Shown here: in pieces, positions 47,401 through 57,659 of the stretch
Position numbering within the stretch: position 1 is the stretch's first letter
Layout of the letters: each line of letters begins with the position of its first letter
NCBI GenBank assembly: GCA_009103225.1
Contig: RHPI01002491.1
Location: forward strand, 105,707 to 169,706
Direction: 5' to 3'
From: Chlorokybus atmophyticus
Lineage: Eukaryota; Plantae; Mesostigma and Chlorokybus algae
DNA length: 64,000 nt
The notes under the pieces: generated by a model
Seen by the model: the letters and a program-made list of their open reading frames with translations, nothing else
Databases searched by the model: none
What the model was told of the DNA's origin: nothing
Position numbers and translations under genes: made by a program

Positions 47401-50400
47401 CAGATCTGCTACATGAGGATGCGGTGAAGGGCTTTCAAAGCACATGGCCGCAAGACATTTGCTTGATAGGGCCACATCAACTTGCAGCTATCGGCCATGT
47501 GGATTTGCTTGTAGCCGGGTGGGAATGCCAAGGGCATTCACGGGCTGGTCATGGCAAAGGATTGATGGATGCGCGCTCGTCATTGTTTTGGGAGTTAGTG
47601 CGCATCATCAACAGGATTCAGCAAGGACAAGAGCAGCCCATGGCGTACATCGTCGAGAATGTACCAGCTGAAGATGACAAGCGCAAGCGCGTGCGAGAAG
47701 ACTATCAGCTGGTGAGACATGTGCTAGGCCATGAGCTGGTCATGGATGCAGCACGGCATGGTTCGCGCGCGCATCGGCTGCGTGTGAAGTGGACAAACCT
47801 CGCGCCGGTTGAGTTGCTTCGCACGGTGCAGCAAGAGTACTCTAGACCGCAAGGTTTGACAGTCAACCAGGTGCTGGAGCATGGGCGCACAGCACAACAG
47901 GTCAGCAAGGCTGATCAGTTGCCTCAAGAGGTGGTGAACCAGGTCGGGCACGACATGGCGGCGCTGCCGACATTGGTGACATACCCAGGCTCTTATGCAT
48001 TCCGCAAGGGAGGGCCAGGGCTGGTGTGGGACTCACAGAACAGCAGGTTGGAAGAGCCAACAGCTGGTGAGCGCGAGCGTGCGATGGGGTTCTTGTCCGG
48101 TGCGACAGCGGCGCCGGGACTAAGTGAACAACAGCGCCGTGTGCTGCTAGGACAAGCCATGGACCAGAACAGCATGGTGTGGCTGATGGTTGTCTGCTTG
48201 GCGGCACAAGAGTTGGTGGCAAGCATCATGCCGATGCGACAGCAAGCGCGTCGGGAGCCTGCGCCTCTGTCGAGGGGGTGGGAGCAGGTTGTACATGATG
48301 AGGAGAGTAAGGGGGTGTCTTTTTCGCCTGTGACAGCTACAAGTGGCAAGAAAGCGGCTGTAGATGGTGCCTTGAAGCAGGAAAAGGCCACCGACCAGAC
48401 CATGGAGTGGTGTATAGGCGAGCATGTGACACGACATGAGCGTGAGTGGCTCGAGGCGTTGCTGGCGCGCAAGCGTGACTGCTTCGCCTACTCTACCAAG
48501 GAGTTGGGAGTTTGCAACTTCTACACAATGGACATTGAGTTGACCTCTCCAGAGCCCATCTTTCGTCGGCAGTATCGGCTGAGCAAGGTGGAGAAGGAGT
48601 TTGTGGCAGAAAAGTGTGCTGACTTGTTGGAGGCCGGACTCATTGAGGAGTCAACCTCGGACTTCGCGGCGGCGACGGTGTTGCCGTTGAAGAAAGATGC
48701 ACAAGGAAACTGGACCTCGAGAAGGATGTGTGGTGACTATCGGCCTCTCAATGAGAAGACCAAGGCTGATCGGTACCCCATGCGTATCCCTGAGGCTATC
48801 TTTGATGACATCGGTGATGCAAAGGTGTTCTCCATTGTGGACTTGAGGCAGGGCTTCAACCAGATCGCCATCAAGCCCGAGGATCGTGGCAAGACAGCGT
48901 TTTGGGGAGTGGACCAGCTCTACCAATGGAAGGTCATGCCGTTCGGCTTGAAGAATGCGCCTGTGAAGTTTCAGCGTGTGATGGACCGTGTGCTTCGTGG
49001 TCTACCCTTCGCAAGGTGCTACATAGATGACATCTTGGTGTTTAGCCACACGATGGAGGAGCATCTCGTGCACTTGGAGCGCGTGTTCGAGCGCGTGCGC
49101 GAGAGCGGCATGAGGTGTCACCCGGAGAAGTGCTTGTTTGGAGCTGATCGCATCCCGTATCTCGGCCATGAGATAGTGCCGGATGGCGTCCGTGTGCAGC
49201 AAGCAAAGGTGGATGCCTTGGTGCAAGTGCCCGCACCGACGGACATTAGCCGGCTTCGAGCGTTTCTCGGCTTGGCGAACTACTATCGGAGGTTCGTGGA
49301 GGGGTATAGCAAGATTGCAAAGCCCTTAAATGAGTTGTTGAAGAAGGACAAGGCCTGGTGCTGGTCGGAGGAGTGCCAACGTGCCTTTGAGCTTCTCAAG
49401 GAGAAGCTATGCACCGCGCCGGTGTTGAGACGGGCGGACTACAACCGTCCCTTCATCCTACACACGGATTGGAGCCGTTTGGGCATTGGGGCCGTGTTGT
49501 GTCAAAAGGATGATGATGGGAAGGAGTATGTGGTCGCGTATGGCAGCCGAAGCAACAATAACGCTGAGGCAAACTACAGCTCCTATGAGGGGGAGTGTTT
49601 GGCAGTAGTTTGGGCCATAGTTCACTTCAGACCGTTCCTCTATGGCCGTCCCTTCACACTCATCACCGACCACCAGCCCTTGAAGTGGTTGATGACCAAT
49701 GACAAGCTCACGGGGAAGCATGCCAGGTGGGCGCTCATACTGCAAGAGTATGAGTTTGAGATTGAGCACCGAGCTGGTGTTGACAACATGGACGCGGATG
49801 GGCTGAGTAGGAACCCAAACCCTTCATCGTTGGATGAGAGTGAGGCGAGGCATGACTATGGCATGCCCGTGGCTGGGTTTTTGGCCTACCGTGTGGCTTC
49901 TTTGCTGGTGTTGGCGGGTTCGGTGGAAGCATGCGCATCCATGCGCGCAAACGCAGCTGGAGATAGCGACAACAATGGTGTAATGCCGCCTTTGGAGGCT
50001 GCACCAGCCCCAACGGTCAATGACATTGAAGGGGAGGAAGCCGAGGCTTCAAAGGACATTTGGAGGGATGAGCAAGTGCTTGCTCACCTCAAAACCGGGC
50101 TGTTCCAAGCTGGTTGCAGCACGGCGACGCGAGATCGCGTGTGGCAACGCGCGCAACGCTATCGATGGGAGGGAAACCACCTTGTGCGCTTGATGCCGGA
50201 TGGAGGTGTGAGGATTGTGCCTCAACCACATGAGAGGAAGCCGCTTGTGGAGCTGCTTCATGAGAGGATGGGCCACTTTGGTGTCAAGAGGACACTTGGG
50301 CTCGTGCAATCAGCATATTGGTGGGCTGGCATGAAGTCTACCGTGGCGGAAGTTGTTGCAAGCTGTGTGGAGTGCGACAGAGTGAAGGCAAGCTTCAATG

Positions 50401-51491
50401 CCAAGCACCCACAGCTGCACCCTCTACCTATTCAAGGACTTTTCTATCGGTGGAGCCTAGACCTGGCCGGAGATCTACCAGTCAGCAAGAGAGGCAACCG
50501 CTACGTGCTCGTGATGATAGAGCACTTCTCCAAGTGGGTCGAGGTCGTGGCGCTGCCATCGAAGGAGAGCAAGCTTGTGGCTGAGGCTTTCCTTGATCAA
50601 GTCCTTAGCAGATTCGGTGCTTGTGCTGAGGTTCTCACTGACCAAGGCACCGAGTTTCGTGGCCAGTTCGATGACTTGTTGGCGCAAGCCTTTATCGACC
50701 ATCGAAGGACTTCTCGTGACCATCCTCAAGCCGATGGGCTTGCTGAGCGAATGGTACAGGTGGTGAAGAAAGGGCTTCGCAAGTACTGTCTCAACCACAA
50801 CAAGAGAGACTGGGACTTGGCGTTGCCATGGTTGGCAATGGGCTATCGCATGACGCGGCAGGCTGCGTTGAGCTCATACAGCCCCTATTTTTTGTTGTAT
50901 GGGAGAGAGCCCATATTGCCAACATCAATCCGGAGACAGGTTGAGCAGGAGCTTGACTTGGAGGATCCCAATGTGTGGGAGAAGGAGATGGCAAAGCGTG
51001 CGGAGCTGTTCCGGTGTGTGATGCCGATTGCACTTGGCAACTTGCAAGTGGCACAACACCGCGACACGCTGCGCTATGCCAGGGTGAGGAGTGGCTTCTA
51101 CAAGCCAAGACTGCAGAAGTTTCAGCCCGGAGACTTTGTCTACCTGCAGAGAAAGACCAAGGACACGTTGGATACGAGTGCGAGCCGCACCATCCTTCGT
51201 GTGAAGAAGCTTCTCAACAACGGTGTGTTGTTGTTAGAGGGAGCTGATGCCAGGACCACTAAGGAGCACATGAAGAGCTGCGCTCCTTGCCATCTGCCAA
51301 ACGTGGATGACAGTGTGGATCCGGCTCTGGCAATACCAGATGTGGGCCACCGTTGTGAGCGGTGTGGCCGAGCGGAAGGCTGGGACACCATGCTGCTGTG
51401 CGACACCGCTTGGCACATGGAGTGCCTTCGTCCACCAGTTGAGGAGATCCCTGATGGGACATGGTATTGTCCAGCGTGTACGAGGACTTGA
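44428..51491 (+). CDS. Gag-Pol polyprotein: Gag (2 CCHC knuckles), aspartic protease, C5 DNA methyltransferase, RT, RNase H, integrase, PHD. This copy has a 1-bp deletion near 45230 and a TAG at 45291; pol is open from 45342 to 51491
   Basis: CWSCGEQGHIARDC and CSHCKKGGHVDAKC; VLVDTGA; ELFGGIASG/AGWECQG/IVENV/HRLRVKW/LLGQAMD; MPFGLKNAP...YIDDIL; ILHTDWS...YEGECLA...TDHQPL; HERMGHFG...CVEC, IEHFSKW, TDQGTEF, GLAERM; CERC...LLCD...WHMECL...WYCPAC. Confidence 0.95.
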
Positions 51492-51542
51492 GTAGCGTGT
51501 GAGTCAGCTGAAGGCGCACGAGGGCGTTGGCGCTCAGCTGCA

Positions 51543-51703
51543 GGGGGTGGTGACACGCATCTTTCATGCGTGTGTCAACTTCATGTGATGAGAGATGGTG
51601 CATGAGGCAGCATGACATGGTCTCATGGTGTATAATAGCATGCGTACATGCATGGCAAGGAGGTTTACGATGAGTTCGAGTCACGATGCGGGAAGGCACG
51701 ACA
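51543..51703 (+). repeat. Repeat B1 (161 bp; PPT-like GGGGGTGG plus proximal U3)
   Basis: Duplicated at 52500-52660. It contains the hairpin ACACGCAT-CTTTC-ATGCGTGT and ends GCACGACA. Confidence 0.95.
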
Positions 51704-51705
51704 GC

Positions 51706-52499
51706 TGTCATGCGCGAGCATGTAGTGTCATGTGCATGATGCCCTCGGGGCTGGCGACATGGATGGACCTTGGGATTTTGGCTCTCATAGCCATTTTACA
51801 GGGTTTATGTGTTGGGTTTTCATTGGGAACTCATGTTTGGGTCCTCATGGACGTGAGGGAGGTGTGTTCGAGGCGTATCTACAGTCAGATACGGAGCTGA
51901 CAGCATATTTGGGTCACTATGGTATCTCGCACAGCTGTTTCGGAGTTGTGACTTTGAGAAGCCATAACTTACAGTTGGAGTGGCGGTTTGGCCGTGGGTT
52001 GGCGTTAAAAGATGCGTCTTGAAGTGTACTTGAAGAGGATAAGCTTGGATAAGCCTTTCCTAACTGTTTACCGTTACTTATCAACGCCACCATGACTGTT
52101 ACTATGCTGGTGCAGATTGACAGTTAGGGTAGTTGGAGAGTTGGTTGGGCTTGAGCTCAACGGTGGTATATAAGGCTTTGCTAGCCTGTTTCCTAGTTTG
52201 GTTGGATGCAAGTTGGCCTACTGGAGTGCAAGCAACACCTTTGGGAAGAGGTTCTTGGCTGAGCGGATGCGTGTGCACATGCTTGCATGTATGGCGTGTG
52301 TGCACGTGTTCGTTGCTGTGCGTTGCTGTGCATGAAGGGGTGTGTGTCACTGTTGCGACTTTGATGCACCGTATGGGCTGCCTTAGCATGTACTTTGAGT
52401 GAGGATTGAGTTGGGACTGCTTTACACAAGCGAACGGCTGATTGCAAGTCAAGTTGTGGTCTACTTGCTCACCTTTTGCAAGGGGACACGCATCTTTCA
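51706..52499 (+). repeat. Repeat A2 (794 bp)
   Basis: About 99% identical to A1 by eye; separated from B1 by GC. Confidence 0.95.
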
Positions 52500-52660
52500 G
52501 GGGGTGGTAACACGCATCTTTCATGCGTGTGTCAACTTCATGTGATGAGAGATGGTGCATGAGGCAGCATGACATTGTCTCATGGTGTATAATAGCATGC
52601 GTACATGCATGGCAAGGAGGTTTACGATGAGTTCGAGTCACGATGCGGGAAGGCACGACA
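52500..52660 (+). repeat. Repeat B2 (161 bp), right terminus of the element
   Basis: Copy of B1 directly abutting A2 and followed by the TCAT TSD. Confidence 0.95.
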
Positions 52661-53134
52661 TCATGCCATTCGGCTTGAAAAATGCACATGTGAAGTTCCA
52701 GCATGTAATGGACTGTGTGCTTCGTGGTCTACCCTTCGCAAGGTGCTACATTGATGACATATTGGTGTTTAGCCACACGATGAAAGAGCATCTCGTGCAC
52801 TTGGAGCGCGTGTTCGAGCGCGTGCGCGAGAGCGGCATGAGGTGTCACGCGGAGAAGTGCTTGTTCGGAGCTGATCGCATCCCTTATCTCGGCTATGAGA
52901 TAGTGCCGGATGGCGTCCGTGTGCAGCAAGCAAAGGTGGAGCCTTGGTGCAAGTGCCTGCACCGACAGACATTAGCCAACTACGGGCGTTTCTCGGCTTG
53001 GCGAACTACTATCAAAGGTTCGTGGGGTATAGCAAGATTGCAAAGCCCTTAAATGAGTTGTTAAAGAAGGACAAGGCCTGGTGCTGGTTGGAGGAGTGCC
53101 AACGAGCCTTTGAGCTTCTCAAGGAAGAAGCTAT

Positions 53135-53620
53135 CACATGGAAAAGTCAGCGCAAACCACAGGTGGTCACAACCGTTGTGACCACTAGATCACGGGTCAA
53201 GACCAGACTCACGACCATGTGCCTACAGTATGGTGGCGACGTTCGACAACCATTAATGGTGCAATGTTACCACCTCGTTGCTGGTCCGCGGACCACACTG
53301 ATATGGCTGTAACCGGTATTCATGGCCACTGCGGCATGACAGTCACACCATTAATGGTTATGACGATAGACACCAGTATGACATGACATTCATACCAGTC
53401 GTGGTCATGACGGTTAGCACCATGGAGGCCTAACCAATACGCCATGTGTGGTGGAAACCGCGATCACCAGTATGACATGACATTCAAACCAGTTGTGGTC
53501 ATGGCGGTTGCCGCCATGGCGGCATAACCGTGACGCCATGTATGGTGGAAACAGTCATCACCACTACGGCATGACCGCCATCACTAGTGTTGGTCACGAC
53601 ATGCATGACCACCATGGTCC
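53135..53620. repeat. Probable left end of a CACTA-type element with palindromes and ~94-bp tandem repeats
   Basis: The sequence switches abruptly to CACATGG... at 53135. It holds the inverted repeat GTGGTCACAAC-C-GTTGTGACCAC, CCATTAATGG twice, and an ACCAGTATGACATGACATTCA unit at about 53372 and 53466 with a third partial copy. Confidence 0.5.
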
Positions 53621-54568
53621 AACCATCACTACATGCATGGTGCACACTTTCACAACGAGTATGGCACAATTGTTGTGCCAGTGTTAGGAAGATGCATCAC
53701 CACGAGAAACCATTACTGGTTGTGGTAGTTATACCATGCATGATTTCATCGTCATGCGAATTGCCGAAAGCATGCACAAGAATTGTACAACGCCAGTTGG
53801 CAACTCGCAATGGATCCAGAGTGAAACTTGCAGAAGGCCAAGAAATGGTTTATTAGTGCAAGTACATTATGTATGTACAATCTGCAAGCCAAATTTGCTG
53901 CTTATAACCCCATTAGAGCATTAGCTTGCGGCAACACGCACAAAGCAGCCCTGCGCGCTGCCCTGTTAGGCATCAGATACTCATCATGCCACTGCACTCC
54001 TGAATTCTTCTTCGTTGACCACCATACGACCTCGTAGTCTCCCTCCCAATTGACCCAGCGCTTGTCAAATGCAACCCTCAGTAACTCGTCGATTCGCTTA
54101 CGGGTGGTAAACAGCAGCTTGGGGTCCTCAACAGCAGCTCCGTACATAACACGATGCGCAACCAAGACTTTGTGCAAAATGGAGTCTGAGGGGTTTTCCG
54201 TTACATCGCAGCAGACAGCAGCTGTTGAGATGTGAGCGTTCTAGGCGTGAATACACAACACAACACCCTTAAACAGTCCGTGCAAGCAGAACGACCAGTC
54301 AGACCACGCCAAACCAAACCCAGTTCAGGCCACGTCAGAATCAGGCCTTGCCGCCACCAGACTCCAAGCACAAGTGAAAGTAAACCATTAAAAAACGTGT
54401 ATGGGCGTCCCCTTATACCCAAATAACCTTTCTAATTTAGCAGTAGTCATACAAGTCAGGTCTGGTCAACACCAAACCCTAATACAACCCTAAACCGTCG
54501 AAACTGCCAGGATTGTCAGAATTGTTAGGAAACTCGACACGTCCGGAGTCTGCTAAGTACAAATTAAT

Positions 54569-54792
54569 GAGTACTTAGCCAAATTAAGCTGGCTGGAGTT
54601 TAGAGGCGGCAGAACCATGCCTCAGACTCCAATATATTGCTAAGTACAAAACTACTAAGTACTTGGCCAGATTAAGCTGTTTGGAGTCTAGAGACGGCAG
54701 AATCTGGTCCTATACTCCAACACTAATGAGTACTTATCTAGACTAAGGTGACTGGAGTTTAAAGACGGCAGAATCTGGTCATATACTCCAAC
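54569..54792. repeat. Three degenerate tandem units (~70-90 bp)
   Basis: AGTACTT...AAG.T...TGGAGT.TA.AG.CGGCAGAA.C...ACTCCAA occurs three times. Confidence 0.8.
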
Positions 54793-55590
54793 AGCAGTGG
54801 CGCGGAGCCGCTCTTCATAGGTTCCAAACAAGCTGGGGTCTGCGTTCTGCGACCCCACTACAGTGTGAGACAGCAGCAGCGACGGCGATGACAACTCTAA
54901 CATATTGACTATGACTCACCTTTTTGTCACCTTCGAGCGAAGGGACCTCAGGCGGGGTGGCACATGCTTAATCTTTGAAGCACCACTGAAAACAGTCAGC
55001 GATGCCGCAGTTTACACCACTACTTTCACTGCAACTGGGGCAGGGGCATACAGCATCCTGTGTGCACAGAAGTGCTGGCCATGCGATTTCTCGACCCACC
55101 TATTTACACACATACACAAGCGCATACATGTGAGTGAAGCAGGCTGCGCTCAAGTGCTGTGTACGTGAAATTGAAATATATCTCTTACCCGCTCGCTTGG
55201 ACGATGCGCAAACTCTCCGTGCCAGCCATCCTTCTCGGATGCTGGTATGCAAATGCGGGCATCCGTCGCGCTTTGACACTCGCACGGCGCACACCATGTA
55301 CTAAATGCCATATGAGCGGCAAGATGCTCCTGAAGTGATGCTTTTGAAAATCCCCTTTGCTAATGCAATTGTAGTGAACGCTTGCTCCCTGGCACAAGCA
55401 GCTATTGAATCAGAACATGCACTTGTCCATGCATATACATTTCCCAGCATTTGGCATGCTACAACAACGATGCGCCGCAACATACAATGTACCTTGCTGC
55501 AGATGCCTCTTGCAGCTGCACATCCGATGGCGGTGCAGTGGCATGTTGTGCATCCACCCATATGCCAAGCAGCACAACCTCTGAACCCTT

Positions 55591-56828
55591 CTAGTGGTTA
55601 TACTGGCTGAAGCGCTCCAAGCTCTGGCCAGCATATGTGGAGTTTGCACCCGACCCACCGGTGCGAACTCGCTTGTCCCGCGCCACTTGTGTGCGCTCTT
55701 CCACTGTGGGGCCATTGCGGTTGCCGCGCTTGCAGTTGTTTATGACTATCTCAGTAAACTGACTTTGTATCCACACTGCACCCATGCGCATAAGTATGCA
55801 TTTTACCATGTGCAGCAGCTGCAGCGTGTACAGTGTAATGCAGCAATGCATAAGACAACATGTGCACTCACCCTCATCCCATGCAAGTTTGTAGCCCCCC
55901 CAAACCAGGGGCTTGTGTTCGTTGAAGACTTCTCTGATGCACTTTGGTCGCTTGTCGATGTCGGCTGAGCTGCTGTGGAAGTTGGCGTTCCTTGCAGAGC
56001 CGTTGGGCAAGTGCTTCTCAATGACCCGCAGCAAGATCCGCCAATTGTCCTGCATGACCGTGGACTGACCTTTCCAGTTTTATGCCAAAAAATGCATGCT
56101 TGCGCAGACACCATAATCAAACAAAGTGAGACTGAGTGCGACTTGGAACGGAAAACTCTTAGCAGAAGAAATACGGTGTCTATGCATGCATGCAGTCCGC
56201 ACTATCATGTACCGCGTTGCAAAAAACCAAGAGCAGACACGAGCATGAGACTTATGAACGGCCTACAGCAAATGCAAGGCACTCAGCAGTCACACTGCCT
56301 GACATTTCGCACGCACAAGTTCCACGCTCAAGACTGCGACATTGCAACAACGAATGCAACGTGTGTGTGACAGTAGCTGGGTTCAAGACAAGTGCGTATT
56401 CCAACAGCAGCGGCATGAAATTTCAGCACAGGTGGATCAAATGTAGGCCATAACCGAGAGCAAGTGGACATACCTTTTGGGATGCCTGCGCTACCGTCAC
56501 CTTTCACGAGGAAGCACCTTTGGGCGGTGGGGTATGTCGGACTGCTTTGTGGTAGCTGGAAGTCAGGCTCCACAGGGTTGATGATGTCAGACTCGGTGCC
56601 GCTTGTGAGCGTCTGCAATGGCAGAGCGACACTTTTGATGTGCTGCAGAAGCTTGGAGATGACTCCCACTGGCAAACCCACGGCGCGGAACAACTCGCAG
56701 TTGCACGCTAAGTACGCTGCACCATCTACCATGCTAGCTTTAAACAGCTCTGCAAAGTCGCCGCAGCCAATGACCCTGGTGGTGTGCTCAACTATACCCT
56801 CCACTGTCAGTCTGCCTACACCCGCCAT
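55591..56828 (-). pseudogene. Probable degenerate TE-associated gene with a SAM-domain-like N-terminus; divergent from the CACTA transposase
   Basis: The ATG at 56828 in a GC-rich context opens MAGVGRLTVEG...FKASMVDGAAYLACNCELFRAVGLPVGVISKLLQHI (SAM-like pattern). A further coding-like block lies at 55591-56055. I could not build a clean spliced frame. Confidence 0.3.
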
Positions 56829-57659
56829 GGTAACTGCGCCGCCGCCGCCGCCGAGAGCTGCTTCACTAACTTGCGCTTTGCCGCAAAATGGAGCGGTTGG
56901 GGAATTACTTTAAAGGCAAGCGTTTGAATTTTCGTGCAATGCACGTTGACCTCACCAGGTCGACCAATCTGGAGTCTCCGAACGGACTCGGTAGCGCACT
57001 AGCGCACTAGCGCACTAGCGCGCGTGACGTTGTGCGGGTGGTAAACAGTAGGCGGCGGCTGATCTGACCGCGGGCATAGGCGGTGGCGGCGGCGGTGGCG
57101 GTGGGTGGTAGAGTGTGTGCGCTAGAGTGGCCAGCATGTTCACCAGTCTATCCAAGGTTACAAAACGTCAACTTCGTGACAGAGCGCTCGAGCAGAAGAG
57201 GCAAGAGGATGCGCATCTGTCAGGCCATGCAGAGCAGTAGGAAACTACGCAGAGCGGCATGTCGCAATCCCCAAGTCTTAAATGAGTTTGAGCCGCATTT
57301 TGCCGCGACAGACAGTACGCATGCTGAACTATGCACCATGCTGGCTCCATGCACAATATGGGCTCGCCTGCTGGCTCCAGTCATGCACCCGTGTATGCTC
57401 TCTGCTGGTGTAGCAAATGCAAAGGGCTCATGCAGGTATGATGCATGCTTGCAGCATTGGTCTACAGCGCTAAGAATACACGCCTAGTGCATGCCTCACG
57501 TAGCTCACATGGTGTTGCGTGTTAGCCCATTAATGCGTTGAAGATTGGACGGCACCTTCGGCGCGATCAGTTGGCGCAAGAGATGGTGCATGGCCAGAAA
57601 GCGGCTTCACCACTGCAGCAAACGAATGAGCATGTGCGAAACATCCTGCAGGAGCATGT

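Larger units (their letters stand above)
43576..52660 (+). mobile_element. Young Ty3/Gypsy retrotransposon carrying a C5 DNA methyltransferase and PHD finger, with permuted terminal repeats A1-internal-B1-GC-A2-B2; 4-bp TSD TCAT
   Basis: TCAT at 43572-43575 and 52661-52664; removing the element restores the host RT frame. Ends are TGTCATGC...GCACGACA. A1 versus A2 shows about 5 differences in 793 bp; B1 versus B2 shows 2 in 161 bp. Confidence 0.96.
37998..53134 (+). mobile_element. Older, degenerate DNMT-bearing Ty3/Gypsy copy (outer element); interrupted in RT by the 43576-52660 copy and truncated at about 53134
   Basis: Repeat A0 at 37998-38789; gag at 38849-40813; protease DTG at 40893-41549; DNMT at 41654-43051 with several stops. 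RT is split at ...QWKV|MPFGLKNA... and resumes at 52661. Homology to the inner copy ends at AAGCTAT (53134). Confidence 0.93.

Noticed and set aside
47250-48210. Bacterial contaminant or restriction-modification methyltransferase
   Set aside because: The domain is in-frame within the retrotransposon polyprotein, is present in two copies of different age, and is flanked by intron-containing eukaryotic genes.
43576-52660. DIRS/Ngaro (tyrosine recombinase) classification suggested by the A-B-A-B repeats
   Set aside because: No tyrosine recombinase ORF is visible. There is a full DDE integrase in Ty3/Gypsy domain order, TG...CA ends and a 4-bp TSD.
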